A stretch of 59,062 bases of DNA, the filler included, from Stramenopiles sp. TOSAG23-2 (taxonomy: Eukaryota), in NCBI GenBank assembly GCA_900128395.1. It is 6 parts of 6 records of this genome, joined end to end, with 100 filler letters (N's around TTAATTAATTAA, not from the genome) between each part and the next. Parts side by side here need not be neighbours in the genome. Positions count along the whole stretch, not along the records: positions 19,745 to 29,509 come from LT650080.1; positions 29,610 to 39,367 come from LT650081.1; 4 more parts are not named here. One strand, written 5' to 3'. Shown piece by piece: positions 20,996-32,946 of the stretch. A program made the position numbers and the translations under genes. The notes beneath the pieces are model-generated. The model searched no databases, had not been told where the DNA came from, and saw only the letters and a list, made by a program, of their open reading frames with translations. Position 1 is the first letter of the stretch. Each line of letters starts with the position of its first letter.

Positions 20996-21633
20996 ATGCC
21001 TAATATTATATTTATTATTTGTTGTTGTTACTTGATTAAATGGGGGTGTAGTTGGACGGATTTAGATGGGAAAGTGAATGTAATACGAACAACGGAAAAG
21101 TTAAAACCTATTAAATTTGTTGCAAAAACTCTCATTGGTGGTAAACGCTTACCGAAGAATTTGCCAGATTTGTCGCATTTATATAGCCATTGTTGTACAA
21201 AAGAACATTTCACATGTAAAGCATGTAAAGCACATGTTTCAGAAGATTTTTTTTGTAAACACAATCCTGGTAAATATTGCATATTATACCGCATCAAGGA
21301 AATGCACATGCTGCAGGTGGACATGCATTACTACCACATATTAAATTTCAACGTACGTTTGGTGATAGATATAAAAACAATCCAAAATATCCTACTCCAA
21401 TAGAAGCAGAAGATTATCAAGGTTTAAAAGATAATCGATTAATGTTTAAACAATACGACAGATCATCTTTTAAAGTTGGGTATTGCCCACATTGTAAGGA
21501 ACGGGGGCATTTTATTGATACTTGTCCAGTTAGAAAGAAAGAAAAATTTGTCGAATTGCAAAATATAAATGCTTTTAAAGCCCCAACTCCAGTGAAGAAG
21601 GTTGTAAAGAAAAAATTCAGATCTCTGGGATAA
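20996..21633 (+). CDS. Small Cys-rich protein with a C-terminal CCHC zinc knuckle; two frames joined by a 29-nt intron or a frameshift
   Basis: The first frame has a hydrophobic N-terminus and CCTKEHFTCKACKAHVSEDFFCKHNPG; the second has CPHCKERGHFIDTC. Removing GT..AG 21270-21298 fuses them in frame. Confidence 0.6.
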
Positions 21634-21832
21634 AGGCCGAACTTTATTACATATTTTTAAAAAAAAATTCATTTTTTTAAAGCCATAAAATACAAAACAA
21701 CCGCGCATTAAAACGTCGTGTACCAATATTATTTTTTAAAAAAATATATATACAGTGTGTATAAATATATTAGTCGTATGATAATTTTTTTTTATTAATA
21801 AAAATTAGACCGATCGCTTTTCTTCAAAATCT

Positions 21833-24800
21833 TCAATCTTCATCCCCCTCGTTCTCCTCCTCATTATCATCATTATTACTCCTCGTACCATTGTTTACAG
21901 ATAAAAATTCAGACGAACGTAGTAATAATTGACTGATCATCCTTTTACTTTTTAACAATTTATTGATATCGTCCTCATTTGTTACAAAACAAAGTTTACT
22001 TCGTATTTCATGTTCAAATTTCCATCGACAGTTTAAGCACGCTTCAATAAAGGCATCTTTATCCATAATATCATTCGTATTTGTATGGTTTAAATATTCT
22101 TGTAAGCATATTTCATCTGGACAATTAAATAATTCATGAAGTAAAGCAAGAAATACATTGTACGATAATTTTTTTTGATCTTTTCCATCAACAATTGTTT
22201 CATATATTTGCAATAACATATCGATTTCTAATTCATGAACAGCACTCCAAATGACCATGATTTCATATAAAAATCGATCAATTTCAATTCCATTTTCCAT
22301 ATTTGCAATTGCGCCTAAAAGTGTCAATGCACCATCCGATCCCTATTTGTAAAAAAAAGTAAAGCATGTTAGTATAATTATTGTTGCACTAAATTTTCAT
22401 TTGTATCATGATACGAAACAAAATCAAATTATGTGTTATATATATATATATGTGTATGATAGTTTTTTTTTTTTTTAATGCATACCTGAATCCATTCGGT
22501 AATATTACTTTTACCATTCTATATATATACATATATACAATTATATAGATACATTTCAATATAATATACGTACGATAAAATGGGCATATACACATAATTA
22601 TCGGGAGGGAGACACACACGAAAAAAAGGAAATTATAAAAAAAAAAAAGAAACGATGGTCATTAAATACATGTATATATCATGCATTTATCGTTTTCATC
22701 ACCGTATACGTATGTCAATATATATACTCAAGTAGTAAGGTTGGAAGGTAGTGGGTACATAATACTTACATTATTATTTGTAAACATTTCTCTTACGACT
22801 TTTGCTGCTTTTTCTTGTTCAATTAAACATGGCCTATGTTTTAAACTATCGTAGTTTAAACCATCACCCATCATCTCTTTCACGCTAACTGGGAGTTTAT
22901 TATTAAAAAAGAAGTCTTTTTCATTAATATCAAATATCGCCATAACCGTTCTTAAAAAGAAATCAGTTGCTTCTACACGATTCAAATAACTGTGTGGATC
23001 TACACTGCCAATTAATAGCGCAAATACGCGGCATCGAAAATTATCATTTGAATGTTTTATTAAAGCATTGTGTAACATGCTTGAATTTTGTATGGCTAAA
23101 CTTCGGCTTCCATGTTGCTTGACGAAAAAATATTTTGTATATTCACCCAATGTTGAGCGTTGCCTACAAGATTTATCGCAATGGCTATCACTAATTAATT
23201 TATCTTGATAAATATTTGTAATGATTAAATTGCATTCTACAAGCGATAAGGTTTCCTTTGGTTTCGATATTAAAGGTAGATTTTCCCCTAAACTTTGTCT
23301 TTTATTTTGAGTATTAAAATTATTTACGTTTGCATTTGCACTATTATTATCATCATGGCGCAATAAAATGGTTTCTTTTGCATCATCTTGCAACATGCCG
23401 ACAAAACTTAATCTCCTTGCTCTACCTTGTTTGCGTAAATTGGGTTGATTAATTTCTTCAACATGCGTTGTTTTATTTTCAGATGGAGCTGTTGTATTCT
23501 CATCGTTTACCTTGTTTCCTGTTGTTACTGTCGTCGTCGTTGTTGTTGCTGCTGCTGCTCGTATTGATGAAGATATTTGTGGAGTCCCATATTCTTCAAT
23601 TTGTCGCATATGGCTTTTCAACTGAGCTTTTTCACCCATTTCGTTTTCTAATGATTTCATATTTTGTTTCAATTTAAACAATTGGTCTTTCAATAGATCA
23701 CGTTCATCCTCAGCAACTCTTCTACGACGAATAATTTCTTGGAACTTTAATTCAAGCACATTATGTACCTTTTCAATAGAATAATTATTATTCTCCTCAC
23801 TATTCTTGTTATTATTTTGTTTTGTTGATGTCATACCACTAGCAACAATATTTGCTATCTCATTTTCTTCGCTATCATCATCATCATTGTCATCGTCCAA
23901 TTTTTGATTTTCCATATCTTCATATACCATTGCACTTATAATTTTAATGAATTTAGCATGTAATTCTGTATTGCTATGATTATCTTTCATCTTTAAAAGT
24001 GAAATGGCCTTTAATAACGCAAAATCTATTTCTTTTTGTTTTTTATCCTCGCCACGAAGTAATGGAATAACTTTGTCAAATTCCTCATTATTCAATACCT
24101 TTCGTAAAACAAATCGAAATCCATTATCACGTTTACCTGTTGATACTGTTTCCAACCATACTTGTTGTTCATTTTCTGACATTGATTTTGACATTTCTAA
24201 AATAAATTTATACCTCTCCTCCGCTGGCATTACGTTAAATAAAGGTGACAGAACTTTTTCAATCGAAACATAGTCGCTGTGATTCATACCAAGATCTAAA
24301 ACTAATTCGCCTAATGAAGATGAGTCTAATTTATCAATAACTTCGGCTAATATATCAATGTTATTTACGTTATTGAAATTATTTTCGTTGTCACAACGGT
24401 TCATTATATTGCCTTTGTTTATATTTTCATCCACAGTTGCTTTTGCATTTTGAACCGTAATATCAGTCTGCTTTGACCGTCGAAATGTATTTTTACTAAT
24501 TTGCATTAATGTATTGAAATGACGCTTTACGATGCCTAATGATGTTATCATTTTCCGATCATTCATTTCTTTCATAATATCATTTTGTATACGAATAAAA
24601 TCATTGATTCTCAAGGTATATATACGATTTTCAATATCAATACGTTCATATTCACTAAAATATGTCTTTGCATTGAAAAGCTTCGTACCATCTGCGGTAT
24701 TACCATCACGATCTAATTCCAATTTTAAATCTTCCCAATTTACATATATAGCTTTGAAATATTCGTCTGCAAATGCTGATAAAAAACCTTCGTAATTGAG

Positions 24801-25658
24801 CATTTCCTTAGATGCGCGATCAATGCACATGCCAGTTATAGCGACACGTAATGGATTTGTGCCAATATAACGCTCCGTAGTCGCTAATCCTTTTCTTAAT
24901 TTATATTCACAAAATACAGCAAAGGAGTTAAAAGCCCTTTCATTTATATCATCATCATTCATCCATCGTTTTAATAAAATTTTTAATTGCGTTAAAGATG
25001 GTTTCTCTCGTTCATGCCTATCTTCCTCAATCATTTTCTCTGTTAAACCAGCAGATTTTAAATCGTCCATTAGCCCTTTGGTTGGTTTGATTATATTTCT
25101 CTTTCGATTTATAGCATTCATATTTAAATATGGCTCATATCTAGTTACATGAATATTGTTTTTAGTAGTAGTAGTCGTAGTCGCATTCATATGTTTTCGA
25201 CGTATTTCTTTAGCAGTTTGAGGACGCCTAGATTCGTTATGTTTGCCAGTATTGGTATTAGTATGCAACCGATTCATTTGCATGCGTGTTACGGGTCTTG
25301 GTTCTTTTGCGCTTTGAATTCGTTTCCTGCGTGTTTTACCTTTGAATTTTCTTCTACTATTGCTGCTACCTTTAAATACTTTTCGTTGCGTTTGTCCTAA
25401 TATGTTTAAGTTAAAAAAATTATAATTGGAAGCGTCGTAATTACGACGAGTATTGTTATTATTATTCATACCACCACTTTGTGGATATATATTTTGTTCA
25501 TTGTTTTTTCTTTTCCAATATTGTGCAGTTTTTGGCCGTACCCTAGTTTTGATTGGTTGTCTGATGGACGGTGCAGATGGTGGCCGTGGTTTCATAATAC
25601 CTTTCTTTTTTGCAGCAGGAGGTGCATTCAAATGGTCTATTAACATACCTTCATCCAT
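21833..25658 (-). CDS. Coiled-coil protein with a TSNAXIP1-like/axonemal-type C-terminal region; 3 exons (25658-22770, 22518-22486, 22342-21833), about 1143 aa
   Basis: GTAAGT donor at 22769, a 33-nt exon flanked by AG/GT, acceptor at 22343, all phase 0; motif IYQDKLISD...LGEYTKYFFVKQHG...RCRVFALLIG. Confidence 0.75.
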
Positions 25659-26300
25659 TGTTTATTATTATTATTTTTTTGTATGTAGAAATGTCTTATA
25701 TATGGAGAACCAATTGATTAGACTTGTATCGATTTAAAAAGAGAATACAATATACTACAATACATGCATATATTTTATCAGGAACGATAAAAACAAGTGA
25801 TCTTTTTTCTTATATTGATGCATGAAGATGCACACACACAATTCTATTTTAAATCAAAAAACAAGATTGATTTTTTTATATGCTAAAAAAGCAAACGTTT
25901 TTTGTATAACGGCCGGCTGATAGACCATTATTTTTAACCTTATCGAACTTTTTTTCGTCAAAAAAAACAATTCAAGCCCAATATTTAGTATATATAATAT
26001 AGTCAAACTGTTTCCTATCAAAACCCTTGCACCTTACCTAGTATAATATTTCGGAAAGTTCTTAATTTTTCCAACCATATTTTATATTTTACCAAAAGTC
26101 CATCATAATAGTAGGTGCGTAGTATAAGGCCAATACTGATACGTTTTACATCAAGATGACACATTTTTATTACATTTAGATGAGAATATATATATATATA
26201 TATTCATATATTCACTCTGTATGTGTAGATAGAAGTTGTTGTGTATTCTTCTTAAATACAGACGATTGTGTACATATATAATAACAATAATAACAACAAC

Positions 26301-27002
26301 ATGCATCGTACTAATGCTGGTAGAACTAGAAAAAATAAAGGATCACGCCGTGTAAAACGTATTAAAGATGAGGCAACACGTTTATCACAAAAAATGGCAT
26401 TGCGTTCATTAAAAGGTGAAATTCTCGACATATTTAAAGATGCATTTAAAAAATACGATACGTATGGAGATGGAAGTATCGTATCAAAAGATTTAGCAAA
26501 AATCTTGAAAGATTTAGGATTACCTATAACTAGGGAAATGTTAAATAACATTATTATAGAAATGGATGCAGATGGTAATGGTGATATACCATTTGAAGAT
26601 TTTGCTGCCGTAATGGCAACGAAAATGTATTTTCCACACTCTGTAAATGCGTTTAGAGAGGCATGTAAAATGTTTGATGATAATGACAATGGTAAATTAT
26701 ACGTTAGTGATTTACGTTTTGCAATGGAAGAATTGGTACCATTTCCGATGAGTCATGAAGAAACAGATTATATGGTAAATCATATTAATTTTACAAATGG
26801 AGAAACAGATATTGAAAAGATATGTCAACGTATGGAGGATTCTATCCGCATATTAGAGACAATAAATAGTGGAACAACAGCAACACGTAATAATACTGAT
26901 GATGTAATACGTATCCCTGAAAAAACATCGGCAGTGGAAAAAAAAGAAGAAGAAGAAGATTCTGTAGTGGTTGAAATTGGTAATGGAAAGGATAGACAAT
27001 AA
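26301..27002 (+). CDS. Calmodulin/centrin-like EF-hand protein
   Basis: FKDAFKKYDTYGDGSIVSKDL, MDADGNGDIPFEDF and FDDNDNGKLYVSDL; basic N-terminal extension. Confidence 0.88.
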   Translation: MHRTNAGRTRKNKGSRRVKRIKDEATRLSQKMALRSLKGEILDIFKDAFKKYDTYGDGSIVSKDLAKILKDLGLPITREMLNNIIIEMDADGNGDIPFEDFAAVMATKMYFPHSVNAFREACKMFDDNDNGKLYVSDLRFAMEELVPFPMSHEETDYMVNHINFTNGETDIEKICQRMEDSIRILETINSGTTATRNNTDDVIRIPEKTSAVEKKEEEEDSVVVEIGNGKDRQ

Positions 27003-27117
27003 AAAGTATTTTGCGCAGAGAAAGATCCTTGTTGTGTGTGTGTTGTGTGTGTGTGATTTTTTAGAAACTACTTCGTATATATTTTATATTTTTTATATAA
27101 TATTATTTTTGTATTAT

Positions 27118-29250
27118 TTATTTCTCACTATCTTTCTTCTTCTTCGCATCACCGACACGCATACTTTTCTTTGATTTTGTTTTATAACGTCCATGAAATT
27201 TACGATCACGATTTCCTTTTCCACCTTCCCAAAATTTTGTACGTCTAGGTCCAAATGAAAAACCACATGAAGTACATGTTTTATTTGTCGTTGGTTGTTC
27301 AAATGAACATGCCCCGCATACTATACGTGTTGCCCACGCATTGACTGCATCGCAATCTTTAGAATTTTCATGACAAATATCACACGGGTATAATTTTTTA
27401 CAACATGGAAAACGAAACCAACGAAATGATTTACGATAATGTACACAAACACCTTTACCTGGTAATGGTTGACCTCTTCGTAAACCAGTAACTTTGTCTT
27501 TATTTTTCTTCTTTTTATTGCTATTGCTCTTTTTCCCTTTATCTGACGAAATTTCAGTACCATCCACTGCATCAAAAAAATCAACACTTTGAAATTGTAA
27601 TTTCATATGTGTATTACATGATTTACAAGTTGACTCATATGCCTTTGCAATTTCAACGTTGGTTAAATATGAATTCTCTGCACATTCCATGCAAGATACA
27701 ATAAAATTAGATGGTAAATAATCAAAAACTACACAATTTTGTGTTTCAACATAACCAAGTATTTCTGTTTGACTATGTAATGTATTTGGTTGATATACTA
27801 CACGATGACTTGATGAGCATGATGTGCAACGCATTGAACTTGGTTTTTCATAAGATGTAATAACATCATTTTTTTCCCCACAACGAGTACATAAAGAAAG
27901 TAATTTTAATTCGACACATTGCGATATTCCAATCCGACCTAATATTAATTTATGTAACATGATTTTTGTTCCTACTGGACGTGGTTCTATAAAAATAGGT
28001 TTTGGTATACCATCATCAATCGCTGTTTCTTTTCCATCTTGATTCTCTTCCATCGAATTGTTGTTGTCATTATTATTATTATTAGTAGTAGTAGTATCCT
28101 TACTTTTATCAACAAGAATATCAGCTTTTGTTATTAACAATGGTTTTCCATGTTTTAAATGATCTACAATTGCATTATAAGCATATTTAACTTCATCCAT
28201 AGTACGATCTGGCATTTCTTGAGATATTAAAAACCATCGTTCCATTTCTGCCATATTTGCATCAGCATCATTGTCAACATGTAGTTTTGGATATTTACGT
28301 AATGCATTTTGTAATTCTGTAATTTCACTACCTTTCCACATTTTCATCGTAGTTGATGCATCTTCTTTTTTATTATTATTATTATTTTTTATTTTTTTTT
28401 TTGTTGAGCTAGTATTCTTCTTCTTCTTCTTAGAATTCTTATTATTTTTATTATTATTATTTGATTCATCATCATCTTTTTCATTAATTAATCCAATTGC
28501 CATATTAATATTACGATCAAAACAATTTAAAACAGTACGTATCAATGGTTGTTTTTCATTTGCATCATCTGTACCAGTACTATTTAACATGATTTCACAA
28601 CTTTTAGTAAATTTACGTCCTAACCATTTATTACGTTTTAAAGATATTGTATTAAATATCAAAGGTGTTGAAGATGGATAATTATCTGGAACAGTTATTT
28701 GTAATTGAATGCCATCTGTTCTAAATCTAATATTTGGTATAGTAGTATCTGTCGGCCTAAATTGGATACGAAAACAATTTGTATTTATGGAGGAAAAACT
28801 CTCTGGGTATCGACGTTTTATTAATGCAATTTCTTTTTCTTTTGGATTTTTCATTATTTTTATTTTTTCATAAAGAATATCAACTGTATTATTAATATTA
28901 TTATTTATTTTTGAATCATCAGTAGAAATGGATTGTTCTTTTTTTTTTCGTTGTTCTGCGTTGAAAGAGGCATTTTCTAATAGTAGTTGGGCTCTTATAA
29001 TAAAAAAGCGATCATGACATTCTTTTGCTGTCTTTTTATTTACATATTTCGAAACAGTATTCCAATATTCTTTTGGATTGATTAATTTTTTCTGTTTGTT
29101 ATTTTTCTTCTTCTTGCCATTATTCTTTCTGTTATCATTCAAATTATTATTATTAATTGTTGTGGTGGTGATGGTAGTGGTGGTAAATTTTTTATTCGTA
29201 ATATATATACTCTTTTCTAATTGTTGCTGTTGTTTAGAAGACCATGACAT
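27118..29250 (-). CDS. SANT/Myb + RWD + CHY zinc-finger protein
   Basis: YWNTVSKYVNKKTAKECHDRF and WKGSEITELQNALRKYP...RWFLIS (SANT); RPTD...LQITVPDNYP (RWD); CVHYRKSFRWFRFPCCKKLYPCDICH (CHY); several CxxC pairs. Confidence 0.85.
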   Translation of the reverse strand: MSWSSKQQQQLEKSIYITNKKFTTTTITTTTINNNNLNDNRKNNGKKKKNNKQKKLINPKEYWNTVSKYVNKKTAKECHDRFFIIRAQLLLENASFNAEQRKKKEQSISTDDSKINNNINNTVDILYEKIKIMKNPKEKEIALIKRRYPESFSSINTNCFRIQFRPTDTTIPNIRFRTDGIQLQITVPDNYPSSTPLIFNTISLKRNKWLGRKFTKSCEIMLNSTGTDDANEKQPLIRTVLNCFDRNINMAIGLINEKDDDESNNNNKNNKNSKKKKKNTSSTKKKIKNNNNNKKEDASTTMKMWKGSEITELQNALRKYPKLHVDNDADANMAEMERWFLISQEMPDRTMDEVKYAYNAIVDHLKHGKPLLITKADILVDKSKDTTTTNNNNNDNNNSMEENQDGKETAIDDGIPKPIFIEPRPVGTKIMLHKLILGRIGISQCVELKLLSLCTRCGEKNDVITSYEKPSSMRCTSCSSSHRVVYQPNTLHSQTEILGYVETQNCVVFDYLPSNFIVSCMECAENSYLTNVEIAKAYESTCKSCNTHMKLQFQSVDFFDAVDGTEISSDKGKKSNSNKKKKNKDKVTGLRRGQPLPGKGVCVHYRKSFRWFRFPCCKKLYPCDICHENSKDCDAVNAWATRIVCGACSFEQPTTNKTCTSCGFSFGPRRTKFWEGGKGNRDRKFHGRYKTKSKKSMRVGDAKKKKDSEK

Positions 29251-29431
29251 GGTGATAATGAAACGATGGGATATGATTTTTTTTTGTTTCTTCTTTTCTT
29301 TTTTGTACCTTTATGTAGTACGTTTAATTGGTTTATGTTTTAATTTTATTTGTAATACATTTATTAAATTTATTACTTTATTATATTAAATATCTACCAG
29401 GTATCACACATCATCAAAAATATAGTATATC

Positions 29432-29509
29432 TAGTGATGGGCACGGACATCTCTGACGGCTACAATCCGTGGATTTTCTGGAATCCGTCGTCGGTTGTGA
29501 ATTTTTTTG
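29432..29509 (+). mobile_element. Possible hAT-type transposon terminus truncated by the contig end
   Basis: Abrupt switch from AT-rich DNA to TAGTGATGGG..., a hAT-like TIR start, followed by short ACGG/CCGT motifs; the contig ends inside it. Confidence 0.35.
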
Positions 29510-29609
29510 NNNNNNNNNNNNNNNNNNNNNNNNNNNNNNNNNNNNNNNNNNNNTTAATTAATTAANNNNNNNNNNNNNNNNNNNNNNNNNNNNNNNNNNN
29601 NNNNNNNNN
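29510..29609. other. Artificial contig spacer
   Basis: N44-TTAATTAATTAA-N44. Confidence 0.98.
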
Positions 29610-29887
29610 AAAAAGACTGGGATGACGCATTTGGTATTGTGCAGCAAAAAAATGTTCAGTAAAAGTATTTATTAAGAACTTCGTGTATCATATTAATATA
29701 TCATATATATATACGTCGTATATCATAAAAATACAAACACTTTTTCTAAATAAAATAATTTTTACGAGCGTAAATATTTGAATATTTTAATCAAAACACT
29801 CAATCATATATGATATGCCATTATCTACGAACTCGTATCATATATCATATGATATCATATATCATATGCATACTCTCTGAGACTTTT

Positions 29888-31675
29888 TTAATCCAACAAA
29901 TCAAATATTAAATCATTTTCTAACACAATGCCATCATCTTGTTTGTCTTTATTACTACCACTAGCAGGTGCAAGCGTAACTCCTTGTACAATATCTCGTT
30001 TCGCAACTTTATCCATTTCATTTTGAACAATAATTGGTTTTGGCTTCCCATCTTCTTCGTCGTATCCTACACGAACTATATTTGGATCGTTCTTATTTTC
30101 CTCTCGTTGTTTCTCTGCTTGCTTTAATTTCTCCTTTTTCCCATCTTCTTTTTGTTTAATATAATGTTGTGAAATTAAGTCATCTTTAATAAATCGATCT
30201 TCCGGCAATACATCATTTTCATAATCAATTGGGTTGTCCGGTAATAAATGAAATTTATCTTCTGGATATTCTTCATCATCTTCCTCCATTTTTTTCTTTG
30301 CACCAGGCGCATTGCCGTAACTATCTTCCAATGCTTTTATCAATAACCATGGTTGAGATCCAGCATCTGGTCCTGGACGATCCTCCGCTGTGGCTGTTGG
30401 TGGTAATACTGGATCAAAGTCCATGCATTCCATATCAACAGTTAAGTACACTCTCAATACACGCTTGGTTTGATCAAAATGGCATTTACACTCTTGAAAT
30501 ACTGGATATGGTAAAATAACTTCAAGATTATGATATCCTTGAGCACGCATTGATACCATCCATGACGACACTCCAACTTGAACACGAGATTTACGCTTTT
30601 TTTTAACATTATTATTTTTATTATTATTTACATCGTCTTCGTCATTATTACTAAATATAGTTGATAGCTTTGGTAAATCGATTGTCAGCATCATTTGCGC
30701 AGGTACTTGATCTTCCATCCCTGGATCTAATATACATGGATTTGGAACAGTACCTTTACCAGGTTTTGCTATTGGTGACCATTCTGACGTGGCAGTATCA
30801 TCATCGTCATCTCCACCACCTAGGGATTGTCTGGAAAACATTTCATACACTGCATGTTTTATAGGCCCTAATGCTTCTCGTTTCTTTCTTGCCGCTTCTT
30901 TTTGCTTTTTAATACGTTGTTTCGCCGCATCAGCTGCTGCTTGTTTTGGATCTACCACTTCAATAGTTGGTTTCATTTCTTTGCGTATACGTTGCGACGT
31001 CGGCTTTCCTTTATACTTCATTTTTGGTAATTTATAACGACGATCAAGTTCCGTTTTATACTTGTTTTCAATTCGTTGAATCGCGATTTCGCATAGAAAA
31101 TGTCTGAATCCACCTGTTTTATCTTCCTTACTATCTTTTACTACTTCTGGATTAACTATCATATCAAATACCAAACATGATTTACCACTCTTATCTTTGT
31201 CCGGTTTTGGTGGCCCAACACTCATCGGTATATTCACCCCTTCTTGCTCCGTACCATCTTCCATCAATTGCGTTTTTCGAGACAAATTCGCTAAATGTTT
31301 TGAAACACAGATATTTATAAAAACTTTATTACCTGACTTAACGTTTTTCGTTTTCAAAACAAATCCAGGATCAGGTGTTATATCAATACCTTGTGCTTGT
31401 ATAGAGCTAGACACTTCACCATCTTTCATTTTCTTACCTCCAGGCAAAGAAATACCTTCCGCTTTTAATTTATTTTCTAACGCACCAGGTGCTTTTGCCA
31501 TCAAATCATCCATAACTTTTTTATATTGCTTTGGATCTGAATCTTTTAAACCTTCTAGATATTCAGCATACGCTTGCAACATTAGTTCATTTGCCTCTGC
31601 AGCTTGTTCCTCCGTTAGCTCTGGTTGACCATCATTTGTCTTGTTTTTAATTTTGACTTCTTCAATGCCTGCCAT
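29888..31675 (-). CDS. PIH1-domain protein (PIH1D1 / Kintoun-DNAAF2 family co-chaperone)
   Basis: ITPDPGFVLKT, KVFINIC, IPMSVGPPKPDKDKSGKSCLVFDMIVNP and LPKMKYKG; CS-like LEVILPYPV...CHFDQTKRVLRVYL. Confidence 0.88.
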   Translation of the reverse strand: MAGIEEVKIKNKTNDGQPELTEEQAAEANELMLQAYAEYLEGLKDSDPKQYKKVMDDLMAKAPGALENKLKAEGISLPGGKKMKDGEVSSSIQAQGIDITPDPGFVLKTKNVKSGNKVFINICVSKHLANLSRKTQLMEDGTEQEGVNIPMSVGPPKPDKDKSGKSCLVFDMIVNPEVVKDSKEDKTGGFRHFLCEIAIQRIENKYKTELDRRYKLPKMKYKGKPTSQRIRKEMKPTIEVVDPKQAAADAAKQRIKKQKEAARKKREALGPIKHAVYEMFSRQSLGGGDDDDDTATSEWSPIAKPGKGTVPNPCILDPGMEDQVPAQMMLTIDLPKLSTIFSNNDEDDVNNNKNNNVKKKRKSRVQVGVSSWMVSMRAQGYHNLEVILPYPVFQECKCHFDQTKRVLRVYLTVDMECMDFDPVLPPTATAEDRPGPDAGSQPWLLIKALEDSYGNAPGAKKKMEEDDEEYPEDKFHLLPDNPIDYENDVLPEDRFIKDDLISQHYIKQKEDGKKEKLKQAEKQREENKNDPNIVRVGYDEEDGKPKPIIVQNEMDKVAKRDIVQGVTLAPASGSNKDKQDDGIVLENDLIFDLLD

Positions 31676-32580
31676 TATTTTTATTTTTATTTTTATTATT
31701 ATTATATGATTATTAATAATATTATTTCTTAATTAATTTAATGTTATCTACTAATAAATGGTAAATACGTTTTTATGATTTCCAGTAATATTACTATATT
31801 TATATATTTTTTATTTTTGAATTGAAATTCGATTATTTTATGATGTGTTAATTATTTTGAATAGCTTTAGTAGTAGTACTATTATACTCTGTATGGAATT
31901 ACCAGGTATTATAATACCTTGATATTGAATAAATTATTAATATGACAATAGCATTAATTGAATTAATGAACACAGCCACTCAAAAGTATACGTTTAAGTA
32001 CGAAAAAAAGAAACTATTGCAATTTTAAATTTTGCCTTAGCCTGTCTTCTGTCTTTTTTGAGAGAATGACAACAGCCTTTTTTTAATACACAAAAACAAG
32101 TAAAACAAATAAAAATACTAATAACTAAATACTAATCATACAAAATTATAAATCACACATGGACAACGTAAATTTTCATATAACATCAGAATTGAATAAA
32201 ATTTTGATATGTCTTCAATTATATGGTAATCAATCAATATAAAAAAAATGAAACATTTTCTACCGTGGGAACATGATTTATTATATAACCATGTCAACAG
32301 CCAGCCCAGCCAGCCCAGCTGGACAGCCTGCCCTAAAGTCTACAATATTGATGATATGTATTGAATCAATTTATAACTACACACAATGGGAAAAATATGT
32401 TGAAGACGATATATATAATATACATACTCTTTGAAAAAATATAAATAGAGAAGATAAAACAAACAACAACAAAGAAAAAAACAAAACATATCATATCATA
32501 CCATACCATATCATATTGTATATACATACACACACAAACACACACTATATTTATCATAATATCATATACCAATAATCATA

Positions 32581-32946
32581 ATGGCCCAGATATTATCTGG
32601 GCTTCTTCCATTAACATCCGGTGAACAAACTAAACAAATAATAGTACCAGCAGATGATTTGGGAAGACAACTTGAAGAAATTGTAGCCGAGCATGAAAAC
32701 GATATGGTTCGAATTGATGAAAAAGTTTCTAAACATGCACAAAACATTGCTAAATTAGAAAATGATTTTTTAGCAGCAAGTGAAAAACAAGCTAAAGTGA
32801 ATGAAGTTGTCGATGAAAGACTTCAAAAGCTTGAATTAATGATACGTGTATCATTTTACACGCACACGTTTTTTTTTTCATTTCTTCGCTGGCTCAGCTG
32901 GTGGTTTAGTTTTTTTTCGTTTGATTTTGATTTTAATTCTCTTTGA
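32581..32946 (+). CDS. Short coiled-coil ORF, possibly a first exon or truncated gene; its 3' end overlaps the convergent gene
   Basis: The first about 89 codons are heptad-like (LEEIVAEHENDMVRIDEKVSKHAQNIAKLE); the remainder reads antisense to the neighbouring gene. Confidence 0.5.
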   Translation: MAQILSGLLPLTSGEQTKQIIVPADDLGRQLEEIVAEHENDMVRIDEKVSKHAQNIAKLENDFLAASEKQAKVNEVVDERLQKLELMIRVSFYTHTFFFSFLRWLSWWFSFFSFDFDFNSL

